This document shows positions 38,901 to 48,183 of a stretch of DNA of 64,000 nt, in pieces. The stretch is taken from the sequence record DRR723986_5073. One strand, 5' to 3'. Below the pieces are notes generated by a model. It searched no databases. It saw only the letters and a list, made by a program, of their open reading frames with translations, and was not told where the DNA came from. How positions within the stretch are numbered: the stretch's first letter is position 1; each line of letters begins with the position of its first letter. Both the position numbers and the translations under genes were made by a program.

Positions 38901-39010
38901 AAAATGGAGGTGCCCGCCATGCAGTCTGTTGGGGCTCAGGGGGTAAGGCAGACAGCATGGCGGGCGGTTCGCTGTGTCATTTCAGGGAGGATACAACAGC
39001 GAACGGGACC
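38901..39010 (-). ncRNA. Candidate sRNA unit 4 of tandem array
   Basis: GGTCCCGTTCGCTGT-TGTATCCTCCCTGAAATGAC-ACAGCGAAC-C-GCCCGCCATGC...GCATGGCGGGC...TTTT. Confidence 0.68.
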
Positions 39011-39117
39011 GGTTGCGGCGAACCGCTTAAAGGTCAAACGCGGCGCGCTGCGGTTCCCGTCGCAGGAATCTCAATTGTGGCGGAAGTTTAATCCGAGGGA
39101 CGCAGGGAAGCTGCCGC

Positions 39118-39606
39118 CTATTTGATCGCTTGCAGATCGTCCCAGTATTCGATGGGCGGAACGTCGCGGATCATCTCTTCGACCATCGCCGTGAAGCCAG
39201 CATTGAAATAACCGGAGGTCAGACCCCACAGCGCGCGGGCCCGTTCGGTGCCGAGCACGAAATAGATCACGCCGCGATAGGTTTCCCACGACTCCTTGTC
39301 CATGGCGCCAGACTTGTATTGCAGCCACTCATATTCGCGGGCGCGCATCTGACCGATCATCCAGAAGATCACTTTTGTCTTCTCTTCGAAACTCGGCGTT
39401 TCGACCTGCGATAGGATGCGGCCGAGTTCCGGGAACTCGACGAATTTGTAGACGCCGGTCTGGTCGTTCGTCAGCTGGGTCTGCCGCGCGTCAGACCGCA
39501 GAAGATCAGTGCCTTGCCTCACTTGCAGGGCGAGGAAGATCAGGGTCGCGGCGACGACGAGCACGCCGGCGATCTGGGCGATATAGGCAATCTGCTCAAG
39601 GGTCAT
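39118..39606 (-). CDS. Single-pass membrane hypothetical protein
   Basis: MTLEQIAYIAQIAGVLVVAATLIFLALQVRQ anchor; EWLQYKSG...W motif similar to 42037-42690. Confidence 0.8.
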   Translation of the reverse strand: MTLEQIAYIAQIAGVLVVAATLIFLALQVRQGTDLLRSDARQTQLTNDQTGVYKFVEFPELGRILSQVETPSFEEKTKVIFWMIGQMRAREYEWLQYKSGAMDKESWETYRGVIYFVLGTERARALWGLTSGYFNAGFTAMVEEMIRDVPPIEYWDDLQAIK

Positions 39607-39705
39607 GGGGGGCTCCGACTGAACCGAGCGCGCCGATCGCGCGTTCCAGCGAGGTGATGTTCCCGTCCGTATTGTTGCGGACGGCATTTGTGAAACAGTG
39701 GAGGA

Positions 39706-40467
39706 TCATCTGCGGCGCTCCAGTTCCTTGTCGATCACGGCCAGGGCGCGTTCCGCCGTCTCGTTCTGCTTGTGAAGGTCGGCGGGCGTCGAGACCATGA
39801 GGCCGGCCCATTCGGTCAGCAGCGGCTCGATATCAGGGGTGGCCGTGATCTTCTCGGCAGTTCGGCGCGCAGCCTCATCGGTGACGCCTTTCGGACAGTC
39901 GAGGATGTAGGTTTCGGCGCCATCTTTCAGGTCGTAGCAATGTTCCCAGTAGAAAGCCTGCGCATCCAGAGGGATCAGCTGGCGCACACGCGACCGGTAC
40001 GCGGGTACAAAATTTGTCACGGACAAATTGTCGTTTGTCGCGAGATATGCCTCAACGGCGTCGATGATCTCGCGTGACTGGGGCAGCCCCTGCCGGCGCA
40101 TCTCGGCATAGGTCGACCGGTCGACGTCGATGGGTTGCCACTGGGAGGCATGAAAGAAGTCCACAACGACGGGCCAGCATTCCGTCCCGCAAGAGGTACC
40201 GCTTGCCATGAAGTCGAGCGAGCGTTTCCCGGCTGCCACGACTTGTCCGATGGCATCTGCCTTCTGGTTCGTGACGCGGATGGAGGTTTCGACTTCCTCT
40301 TTCAGTTCAATGAGCAGTGCGGTTTCCCGCGCCCTGTCCGCGCGCGCTTCGTTCCAGTTGCCAAGCTGGATACCGAGGAAGACACCCAGCACGACGATCA
40401 GCGTTTCGATGAAGACAGTGAACCAGTCCTGCTTGCGGATGGAGGTGGCGAGGCGCTGGAGGATCAT
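39706..40467 (-). CDS. Single-pass membrane protein (DUF6090-like N-terminus), paralog A
   Basis: MILQRL...RKQDWFTVFIETLIVVLGVFLGIQLGNWNEAR. Confidence 0.82.
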   Translation of the reverse strand: MILQRLATSIRKQDWFTVFIETLIVVLGVFLGIQLGNWNEARADRARETALLIELKEEVETSIRVTNQKADAIGQVVAAGKRSLDFMASGTSCGTECWPVVVDFFHASQWQPIDVDRSTYAEMRRQGLPQSREIIDAVEAYLATNDNLSVTNFVPAYRSRVRQLIPLDAQAFYWEHCYDLKDGAETYILDCPKGVTDEAARRTAEKITATPDIEPLLTEWAGLMVSTPADLHKQNETAERALAVIDKELERRR

Positions 40468-41255
40468 GGCGCGGCATCGCTCTCGCGGCGCGAGCCTGAC
40501 GTGCCCAGTTCCTTCGTCAGTTCAGCATCCAGCACGGTCAGGACCGCAATGCGGTCTTCGTACCGGTCGAGGAATGACTCCAAGCGTGCGATGTTGTCGC
40601 TGTACTCGCTGAGGAGGCCCTTATTCCCGCGTATCTGGTCGATGTCACAATTATATCGCCACACCAGGCCTTTGTCGTCACGGCCCGCACTTGGAGAAAC
40701 GTAGCCTGCATCTTCAGCACGCCCCACTTCGAGCCAGATGGCGTCCGGATACCGTGTGTGAAGCCGGAAAAGTTCGTTGACCGCTTCTGCCCGCGCAGAA
40801 CGGGAACGTTCCTGCACAACAGCATAATCGCGCAGGGCCGCCTTCACGGAAGGGTTGGAAATCAGGTCAAACCGGCCGGACGAAATGAGCTCATCAAGGC
40901 TCGACAATGCTTCGGTGGGCGAGGGCATCCAGTGAGAGACGAGCAGAGCCCAGCACTCTTCATTGGTGAGTGGCCGTGACGGCGCGAGCGAGAACATGAC
41001 GGAATTAGCGTCTGTGGCCAGCCCAATGCGAGGGCTATGTACGGCCAGCTCTTCTTTCTGTGTGTCCAGAAGTGAGCGGGTCTCCTCCTGCAGGCGCAAG
41101 AGCAGGACCTGCTCGCTGTTTCGCTCAACCCGCGCCGCGTTCCAGTTGTTGACCTGCAGACCGATGAAAACGCCGAACACCACGATCAGCGTCTCGATGA
41201 CGACGGTGAACCAGTCCTGCTTGCGGAGCGCGGTGGTGAGACGGCGGAGGATCAT
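40464..41255 (-). CDS. Single-pass membrane protein (DUF6090-like N-terminus), paralog B
   Basis: MILRRL...RKQDWFTVVIETLIVVFGVFIGLQVNNWN; LDELISSGRFDLI. Confidence 0.82.
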   Translation of the reverse strand: MILRRLTTALRKQDWFTVVIETLIVVFGVFIGLQVNNWNAARVERNSEQVLLLRLQEETRSLLDTQKEELAVHSPRIGLATDANSVMFSLAPSRPLTNEECWALLVSHWMPSPTEALSSLDELISSGRFDLISNPSVKAALRDYAVVQERSRSARAEAVNELFRLHTRYPDAIWLEVGRAEDAGYVSPSAGRDDKGLVWRYNCDIDQIRGNKGLLSEYSDNIARLESFLDRYEDRIAVLTVLDAELTKELGTSGSRRESDAAP

Positions 41256-42040
41256 CGTGTTGTCTCCAGATCAGACACCAGTGATGCTGCCTGTCGGTCA
41301 AGATACTCAAGCAGTGACCGGAGCCCCGAAAGATTATTCAGACGCGCGTTCAGCTGGGATCGGAGCGCCGCCGACTCCCGGAGGCTTGCGGCTGAGCGCA
41401 TAACAAGAGCAAAATCTTCTGGCGGCTGACAGTCATTATAGAATGTCGTGGGGGTTGTAGCTGGCGAGCTGGGCTCGAGACTGTCCGCTGACAGACAGTC
41501 GGCCATAAGCATACCGACGCGGCCTTCGATTAATTGGTGCACCAGGTCGGCATAGGCGGATTTGAATGTCAACGATATTTCAATCTCGCGCGCGGAGTCT
41601 TCATAATAGTCGCGCAGCCGGCGTTGCATCGATCCGCTGGTGATGAGGTCCAGATCGCCAGCGTTCTGAAGTTCTTTGTATATTTGCGCCGAGGGTGCGA
41701 ATGGCCATTCGCCGCCGGCGATCCAGCTGTCGCGGACAAACCGCCATGCCTCATCGACCGTTTCGGCCGGACCGGACCGCAGAGCGTCATCAACGCGGAG
41801 AGCGGCTTCCAGGACTTCCTCGTACCACTGCCGACGAATGGCAAAGGCGTCGAGATCAGCGCGCAAATCGGCAATGAGCCTCTCACGCGAGGTCTCCGCC
41901 TCAATCCGATCCCTCCGCGCCTCATTCCAGTTGTTGACCTGCAGACCGATGAACACGCCGAAGACAACAATCAGGGTTTCGATGAAGACGGTGAACCAAT
42001 CCTGCTTGCGGAAGGCGTCGGTAATGCGGCGCAGGATCAT
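41252..42040 (-). CDS. Single-pass membrane protein (DUF6090-like N-terminus), paralog C
   Basis: MILRRI...RKQDWFTVFIETLIVVFGVFIGLQVNNWN; YKELQNAGDLDLI...LRDYY. Confidence 0.82.
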   Translation of the reverse strand: MILRRITDAFRKQDWFTVFIETLIVVFGVFIGLQVNNWNEARRDRIEAETSRERLIADLRADLDAFAIRRQWYEEVLEAALRVDDALRSGPAETVDEAWRFVRDSWIAGGEWPFAPSAQIYKELQNAGDLDLITSGSMQRRLRDYYEDSAREIEISLTFKSAYADLVHQLIEGRVGMLMADCLSADSLEPSSPATTPTTFYNDCQPPEDFALVMRSAASLRESAALRSQLNARLNNLSGLRSLLEYLDRQAASLVSDLETTR

Positions 42041-42690
42041 GGGGCGGGATCCGGCTCAGGCGGTGGCAGCTTCAGGCGGTCGAGATTGTTCGCGAGGAAG
42101 TTTTCATCGAGGCCGTCGACGATGGGGCCAGCGATTTCCATCATAGGGGTTCCATCCCAGCCTTGTGCCTGCAATTGCCACCAGTGTTTGGCAAAGCGGC
42201 TTCCGAAATAGTAGGGGGCCGAGTTCTGAATGTGCTGGCGGGCATGGTCGCGCGATACAAGCCCCGCCTCTTCCATCTGTAACATCTGGTCCCATTGCAG
42301 CATCAGCGCAACGAGATGGCTCTCCACCATCCGCGCTTCGGTATCCGTAAGGGCCTCAGGGGTGCGGATGGATTTGACCCAGACGTCCGCCATCTCATTT
42401 TTTGCGATGCTGAACTCGATCTGGGCGAGCAGGTCATTTTTCTGCTGCTCCATGGCGGTTCGGGTGAGCGCTGCGTTCTGGTGCACTTCAACGATCAGCA
42501 TGATCAGGCCGGCAAGAACCGCGACATTGGCGCCGAGCGTGAGCCAGCGGTTGAGGCGGTCCAGTCGCCCCGGCGCCGGTGCGGCTGGCGGGCTGCCGAT
42601 TGGGGGCGAGGCTCCGGACGCAGACGGCGGACTGTCAGCGTCCGGTTTCCTGCGGATTCCGGACAGGAAATCAGGTAGCTTCAAGCGCAT
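42037..42690 (-). CDS. Single-pass membrane hypothetical protein
   Basis: LTLGANVAVLAGLIMLIVEVHQN anchor; related architecture to 39118-39606. Confidence 0.78.
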   Translation of the reverse strand: MRLKLPDFLSGIRRKPDADSPPSASGASPPIGSPPAAPAPGRLDRLNRWLTLGANVAVLAGLIMLIVEVHQNAALTRTAMEQQKNDLLAQIEFSIAKNEMADVWVKSIRTPEALTDTEARMVESHLVALMLQWDQMLQMEEAGLVSRDHARQHIQNSAPYYFGSRFAKHWWQLQAQGWDGTPMMEIAGPIVDGLDENFLANNLDRLKLPPPEPDPAP

Positions 42691-42771
42691 TTCATCTGTC
42701 CCCCACCCACTATAGGCAGGGATTACCTTAAGAGGTTTTGTGGGGCTGACAACAAATTGTCAGGGGGCCTG

Positions 42772-43371
42772 TCACTTGCTGACGTAGATAAGCGTGCGGC
42801 GGGGCACGTCCTTCATGAAGGTCGCCAGGTCTTTCTTTGAGAAGACGATGCAGCCGTTCGAGCGCCCGAGTTTACCCCATTTCTGCAGGAAGGTCGGTTC
42901 GGCATAGTCGGCGGCGTGGATGACGATGGCCCGGGCGCGGGCATTGGCATTGGTTGGGTCGAGGCCGTCGAGGCGGAGCGACTTGCCATGCTTGCCGACA
43001 TATTGCTCGGCCAGCAGGTAGGCGCCCTCGGGGCTCGCGGATGAGCCGGGCACGTCGGAGAACTGGTCGAGGAAGCCGTCATGGTCCGGGTCGGAGCCAG
43101 ATCCATGGGCTGCGCGGAAAGCGGCTTCGACAAGGCCGGTCTCCAGATTGACCAGATAGGCCCGCTTCTCGTCAGAGCGGCGGGCATAGTCCACGACGAC
43201 GAGGTGGGTCTGGTCTGCGGTGTCGCTATGCGCATTTAGGGAAGCCAGCGCCTGGCCCAGCAGTTCTGGACGGATGAGGCCCTGCGGATCGACGGGCATC
43301 GCAGCCGCGGGCAGGGCAGAAAGGCAAAGGGCGGCGAGACTCACACCGGTGAAGGTCAGAGAACGTCTCAT
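42772..43371 (-). CDS. Murein L,D-transpeptidase catalytic-domain protein (YkuD_2-like)
   Basis: Signal peptide; AHGSGS, SLRLDGL..TNANARARAIVIHAADY, GRSNGC. Confidence 0.88.
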   Translation of the reverse strand: MRRSLTFTGVSLAALCLSALPAAAMPVDPQGLIRPELLGQALASLNAHSDTADQTHLVVVDYARRSDEKRAYLVNLETGLVEAAFRAAHGSGSDPDHDGFLDQFSDVPGSSASPEGAYLLAEQYVGKHGKSLRLDGLDPTNANARARAIVIHAADYAEPTFLQKWGKLGRSNGCIVFSKKDLATFMKDVPRRTLIYVSK

Positions 43372-43556
43372 GGTGCCTTTTTACTCCTCACAGGTGCAGC
43401 AAGCTGTGCTGTCTTTGCCGTTAGGGAAGCTGCCTTTCCATGATGCAGCATACGGCCAGCTTCTCGCCAGATCATGAACGTGACAAGCCCCGCCACGCAT
43501 ACGCTGGCGATGCAAATGATGGTGATCGCTGTGATCAGGGTTTTGATCTGGACCAT
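43368..43556 (-). CDS. Small single-TM protein
   Basis: 62 aa, hydrophobic N-terminal half, SD AAGGA, ATGA overlap with the next gene. Confidence 0.5.
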   Translation of the reverse strand: MVQIKTLITAITIICIASVCVAGLVTFMIWREAGRMLHHGKAASLTAKTAQLAAPVRSKKAP

Positions 43557-43669
43557 GTCGCGTGCCTTTCCTTGCCGGGCAGGTCACGCGGACGTCGCGG
43601 AAGGCCTTGGCGCAGCGTGGCCCGTGAGTATGGTATCCTTTGAAAAATTGCGGAAATGAGGGCAGGAAA

Positions 43670-44758
43670 ATGGCCGACGCGCCAACAGCAAACGATCTGT
43701 TCAGCGGCACCAAAGAGGTAGCTGAGACGCACAAGTTCGACGAGGCGGCCCTGGCCGCCTGGATGGAAGAAAATGTCGAGGGCTATGAAGGCCCGCTGGA
43801 AGTGCGCCAGTTCAAGGGCGGCCAGTCGAATCCGACCTACCAGCTGGTGACCCCGAAAAAGAAATATGTGCTGCGCCGCAAGCCGCCGGGCAAGCTGCTG
43901 CCCAGCGCCCACGCCGTGGACCGGGAATTCCGCGTGATTTCCGCACTTTACCCGCTCGGCTATCCGGTGGCCCGTCCCTATGGCCTCTGCACCGACGACT
44001 CGGTTATCGGCACGATGTTCTACGTCATGGACATGGTCGAAGGCCGGATCCTGTGGGACGGCACGCTGCCGGACTATGAGCCCGCCGAGCGCCGCGCTAT
44101 CTATGAGGCCAAGGTGAAGACGTTCGCCGACCTGCACAATGTGGACTGGCGCGCCGCCGGCCTCGAAGGCTTCGGCAAGGAAGGCGACTATGTTGCCCGC
44201 CAGATCCACCGCTGGACGAAGCAGTACAAGGCGTCCGAAACTCAGCACATTCCGGAAATGGAGCAGCTGATCGAATGGCTGCCGAAAAATATCCCGCCGG
44301 GCGACAAGACGACGATCGTCCATGGCGACTACCGCCTCGACAATATGGTGCTGCACCCGACGGAGCCGAAAGTCATTGCCGTGCTCGACTGGGAGCTTTG
44401 CACGCTCGGCGATCCGCTGGCGGACTTTTCCTACCACCTGATGAACTGGGTGATGCCGCCTGGCGACAGCACGCGCGGCTCGATCATGGCGATCAAGGAC
44501 CTCAAGGCCTGGGGTATCCCGACCATGGAAGAGTATGTCGATCTCTACTGCAAACATACGGGCCGTGATGGCTTGCCCGAGCTCGACTACTACTTCGCCT
44601 ATAACGGCTTCCGCCTCGCAGGCATCCTGCAGGGCATCATCGGCCGCGTCCGCGACGGCACGGCGAACAGCGCGAACGCGGAAAGCAACGCCGCCCGGGT
44701 CGTACCGCTGGCACAATTTGCCGCCAGCTATGCCCGCCGTGCCGGGATGCCGGGGTGA
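43670..44758 (+). CDS. APH-family phosphotransferase (ACAD10/11 N-terminal-like)
   Basis: GGQSNPTY, LLPSAHAVDREF, HGDYRLDN, VLDWEL. Confidence 0.92.
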   Translation: MADAPTANDLFSGTKEVAETHKFDEAALAAWMEENVEGYEGPLEVRQFKGGQSNPTYQLVTPKKKYVLRRKPPGKLLPSAHAVDREFRVISALYPLGYPVARPYGLCTDDSVIGTMFYVMDMVEGRILWDGTLPDYEPAERRAIYEAKVKTFADLHNVDWRAAGLEGFGKEGDYVARQIHRWTKQYKASETQHIPEMEQLIEWLPKNIPPGDKTTIVHGDYRLDNMVLHPTEPKVIAVLDWELCTLGDPLADFSYHLMNWVMPPGDSTRGSIMAIKDLKAWGIPTMEEYVDLYCKHTGRDGLPELDYYFAYNGFRLAGILQGIIGRVRDGTANSANAESNAARVVPLAQFAASYARRAGMPG

Positions 44759-45993
44759 GGCCCGACAAATCCGGTGACGGGGACCACCCGGCTCAACACA
44801 CACAGCGCCTGGGGCGGCGGGACCTGATCCTGCTGACCCTGGCGGGTGCCGTTGTCACGGCCAACGCCTATTACATTCATCCGATCATCGCCCTGGTGGC
44901 GAAGGATTTCGGCGTATCGCCCTCCGAGATCGGACTGGTGCCAGCCCTGAACCAGATTGCGCTGGCGCTGGGCATCCTGCTGTTGCTGCCGCTGGGCGAC
45001 CGGGTCTCGAACCGCAAGCTGGCGACCATCTTCGCCACCGGCCAGCTGGCGGGACTGATCGTCATGGCTGTGGCGACGGACTTCCGCGTCTTCGTGGCGG
45101 GCTCCACCTTTCTCGGCTTCTCCACCATCACCCCCTATTTGTTGCCGGCCTATGCCTCCAAGCGCGTGGCGCCGGAGCGGCTCGGCCAGGTGACCGCGAC
45201 GCTGACCACCGGCGTGATCGGCGGCATTCTGCTGGCCCGTGTGGGTGCGGGCTGGGTGGGGGAACATCTTGGCTGGCGCACGGTCTATTTCATTGCCGCA
45301 ACAGTGATGGCCGCGGTCACGTTCATGCTGCCCCGGATCATGGATGAACGGGAAAAGTCCGACAAGGATGCACCGAAGCATAATTATGTCGGCCTTGTCC
45401 TGTCTGTCTTTCCGATCATCCGAAAGCATCCGGAAGTGCTATTGTCTGGCACGATTCAAGGACTGGGCTTCGGCATCTTCCTGTCGGTCTGGCTTGGCCT
45501 CGGCCTGTACCTGACCAGTCCGGCCATGGGCTATGGCGCCGACACGGTCGGCTATCTGGCGGCGGTGTCGCTGCTGAACCTGATGACCACACCGCCCATG
45601 GGGGCCTGGGCCGACCGGATCGGGCCACGTAAGGCGCGGGTCTATATTGCCGTGCTGCAGTTCAGCGCTGTCTGCCTGCTGGGCTTGTTCGGCCACAGCC
45701 TTTGGCTGCTGCTGATTCCGATCATGATGATGAATGTGGTGGGCCCGCTGATCGACATCACCGGCCGGATGACATTCCTCAGCCTGCCGTCCGGCGTCCG
45801 GACGCGGCTGATGACGGCCTATATCGTGCTGATGTTCGTCGGCGGCGGCCTGGCCAGCTGGGGCGCTACCTATGCTTACGAACATGCCGGCTGGCATGGC
45901 ACGACCACGCTGACGCTTTGCCTGTCCGGCCTGTTGCTGACTTTGTCTTTCCTGGGCTGGCGGTTTGGTCCGGAGCGTGGTGGAAAGGTGTGA
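44755..45993 (+). CDS. MFS transporter
   Basis: 12 TM segments; PLGDRVSNRK and GAWADRIGPRK loop motifs. Confidence 0.9.
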   Translation: MRPDKSGDGDHPAQHTQRLGRRDLILLTLAGAVVTANAYYIHPIIALVAKDFGVSPSEIGLVPALNQIALALGILLLLPLGDRVSNRKLATIFATGQLAGLIVMAVATDFRVFVAGSTFLGFSTITPYLLPAYASKRVAPERLGQVTATLTTGVIGGILLARVGAGWVGEHLGWRTVYFIAATVMAAVTFMLPRIMDEREKSDKDAPKHNYVGLVLSVFPIIRKHPEVLLSGTIQGLGFGIFLSVWLGLGLYLTSPAMGYGADTVGYLAAVSLLNLMTTPPMGAWADRIGPRKARVYIAVLQFSAVCLLGLFGHSLWLLLIPIMMMNVVGPLIDITGRMTFLSLPSGVRTRLMTAYIVLMFVGGGLASWGATYAYEHAGWHGTTTLTLCLSGLLLTLSFLGWRFGPERGGKV

Positions 45994-46006
45994 GGAGGAA
46001 GCGGAC

Positions 46007-47230
46007 ATGGTCATCCTGAAACGCGTGAGCCTGGTCTTCGCCGCGCTGATCGTCGCGGCGGGGATAGGCTGGATCCTGATCGGGCCGGAATGGCGCGCGC
46101 TGCTGGCGCACCAGCCCTATGGTCGGGACGTCTTGTTCTGGAACCAGGCGCAGCGCGATGCGGGCTTCCGCATGATCGACCGCATTCCTTTCGTCATCGA
46201 GTCCCATACCGTTGCCCATGGCGATACGGCGCGCGACCTGCCCGAAGGCGAGCCGCTGGACCTGGGCCTTGATCTGGATGCCTATCTTGCCGCGAACCGG
46301 ACGGCAGGCCTGGTTATTTTGCAGGACGGTAAAGTCCGGCTGGAGCGCTATGAGATGGGCTTCCGTCCGGATGGCCGCTGGACCAGTTTTTCCGTCGCCA
46401 AATCCCTGACCTCCACGCTGGTCGGCGCTGCCGTGAAGGATGGAGCCATCCGCAGCCTGGATGATCCGGTGTCGGACTATATCGGTGAATTGAAGGGCTC
46501 GGCTTATGACGGCGTGACGATCCGTCAGGTGCTGACCATGACGTCGGGGATCGACTGGAACGAGGATTACAGCGACCCCCAGTCCGATGTCGCCCGGTTT
46601 GACCAGCAGGAGGCAGAGCCGGGGCGCAGCGCGCTGGCGACCTATATGGCAGACCTCGGGCGCGCGCATCCGGCTGGAGAGGTGTGGAACTATTCCACGG
46701 GCGAGACCAACCTGATTGGTGTGCTGGTGAGCCGCGCCACGGGCCGGGACCTCGCCGGGTATCTCTCCGAAAAGATCTGGGCGCCCTATGGCATGGCGCA
46801 GGACGCGACCTGGCTGCTTGGCAATGACGGGCATGAGATCAGCGGCTGTTGCATCCAGGCCTCGGTGCGGGATTTTGCGCGCTTCGGCCAGTTCATGCTT
46901 GAGGGCGGCAAGGCCGGCGGACAGGATGTGTTGCCTGAGGGGTGGGTTGAAGCCGCCACCGTGACGCAAGCCGACATTGGCTCACCCGGCGAAGGCTATG
47001 GCTATCAATGGTGGACGTGGGATGACGGATCGTACCAGGCTGATGGCATTTTTGGCCAAGGCATCTTTATCGATCCGAACCGCAACCTCGTCATCGCCTC
47101 GAATGCCAGCTGGACGTCTGCATTGGGCGACACGGGCGGCGAATGGGAAGCCCGCAAGGCATTCTACAAGGCAGTTCAACACGCCATCGATATGGAGGCC
47201 GCGTCACCGCTGGGTGACGCCGTGCCATGA
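46007..47230 (+). CDS. Serine hydrolase, beta-lactamase/6-aminohexanoate-dimer hydrolase family
   Basis: SVAK (SxxK), LTMTSG, WNYSTG, YGYQWW, GIFGQ. Confidence 0.88.
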   Translation: MVILKRVSLVFAALIVAAGIGWILIGPEWRALLAHQPYGRDVLFWNQAQRDAGFRMIDRIPFVIESHTVAHGDTARDLPEGEPLDLGLDLDAYLAANRTAGLVILQDGKVRLERYEMGFRPDGRWTSFSVAKSLTSTLVGAAVKDGAIRSLDDPVSDYIGELKGSAYDGVTIRQVLTMTSGIDWNEDYSDPQSDVARFDQQEAEPGRSALATYMADLGRAHPAGEVWNYSTGETNLIGVLVSRATGRDLAGYLSEKIWAPYGMAQDATWLLGNDGHEISGCCIQASVRDFARFGQFMLEGGKAGGQDVLPEGWVEAATVTQADIGSPGEGYGYQWWTWDDGSYQADGIFGQGIFIDPNRNLVIASNASWTSALGDTGGEWEARKAFYKAVQHAIDMEAASPLGDAVP

Positions 47231-47261
47231 TGGTGGCAGACTTCAGAAAAAGGGAAGCGCC

Positions 47262-48173
47262 ATGACCGAGACAATCAAGGGGCCGCTGCGAGCGCCCGTG
47301 CAGATGCTGCAGGAACAATCCTATGACGGGCACAAGAGCCTGCATGATGACAGCGAAGCCGAGCGTCTCGGCATCAAGGCAGGCCCCATCGAAGGGCCGA
47401 CGCATTTTTCCCAGTTTGTGCCTTATCTGGCGGACATCTGGGGTAATGACTGGTTCGAGCGGGGCTGTTTCTCCAGCCACTTCCTGAACATGGTGTTCGA
47501 GGGTGAAAAAGTGCGCGTCGAGGTCGACCGTCCGGCGCCCGGCGAAACCCGCACCCTGTGCCGCGCCTTCAAGGAAGACGGCACGCCCGTGCTTGAGGCA
47601 AGCGCCTCCATCGGGCCGGATCATGGCGAGACCCTTCTGGAAGGCCGGATGAAGAAGCTGCGCCCGCCGGGCGATCTCGTCATCCTGGAAGACATGAAGG
47701 TCGGCATGACCGGCATCGCCGACGAGACCGTGACCATGGGCATGGACCAGCATATGGGAAGCCTTTATCCGTTCTCGCTAGACGACAAGCTGAAAGTCAT
47801 CACCGAGCCGATGGCGGTTTACAGCGATGCCTCCGCTGGACCATGGGGCAAGCCGATTGTGCCGCTGGAGATGGTCAGTGTGCTGGGCAATTATTCCAGC
47901 CGCACGGCAAAGTTCCCGGTGAAACAGCCGGCGATCGGCCTGTTTGCAGACCTTGAAGTGCGCATGGTGAAGGGGCCGCTGCTGGTGGGAGAGACCTATA
48001 TCCTGCGCCGCGAAGTGGTCGCCCTGTCGGAAAGTCGCCGGGTGGAGAATTACTGGATCCGCACCAAATTCTTCGACAAGACCGGAGACAAGCAAGTCGC
48101 GGAAATGCTGCTCAATCACGGTGTGATGAAAGCCAGCTATCCCCCCTATCCAGCAGACAAGCTGCCAGCCTGA
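47262..48173 (+). CDS. Hypothetical protein, probable double hot-dog (MaoC-like) fold
   Basis: SLHDDSEAERLG...IEGPTHFSQF; GLFADLEVRMVKGPL. Confidence 0.65.
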   Translation: MTETIKGPLRAPVQMLQEQSYDGHKSLHDDSEAERLGIKAGPIEGPTHFSQFVPYLADIWGNDWFERGCFSSHFLNMVFEGEKVRVEVDRPAPGETRTLCRAFKEDGTPVLEASASIGPDHGETLLEGRMKKLRPPGDLVILEDMKVGMTGIADETVTMGMDQHMGSLYPFSLDDKLKVITEPMAVYSDASAGPWGKPIVPLEMVSVLGNYSSRTAKFPVKQPAIGLFADLEVRMVKGPLLVGETYILRREVVALSESRRVENYWIRTKFFDKTGDKQVAEMLLNHGVMKASYPPYPADKLPA

Positions 48174-48183
48174 GGAGACCACT

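Noticed and set aside
38371-39010. CRISPR array interpretation of the repeats
   Set aside because: The units are long, degenerate and irregularly spaced (189, 140 and 204 bp), each has its own terminator-like end, and no cas gene is present in the window.
46007-47230. Beta-lactam resistance gene
   Set aside because: The SxxK fold fits the broader esterase/amide hydrolase family. Nothing supports a true beta-lactamase.
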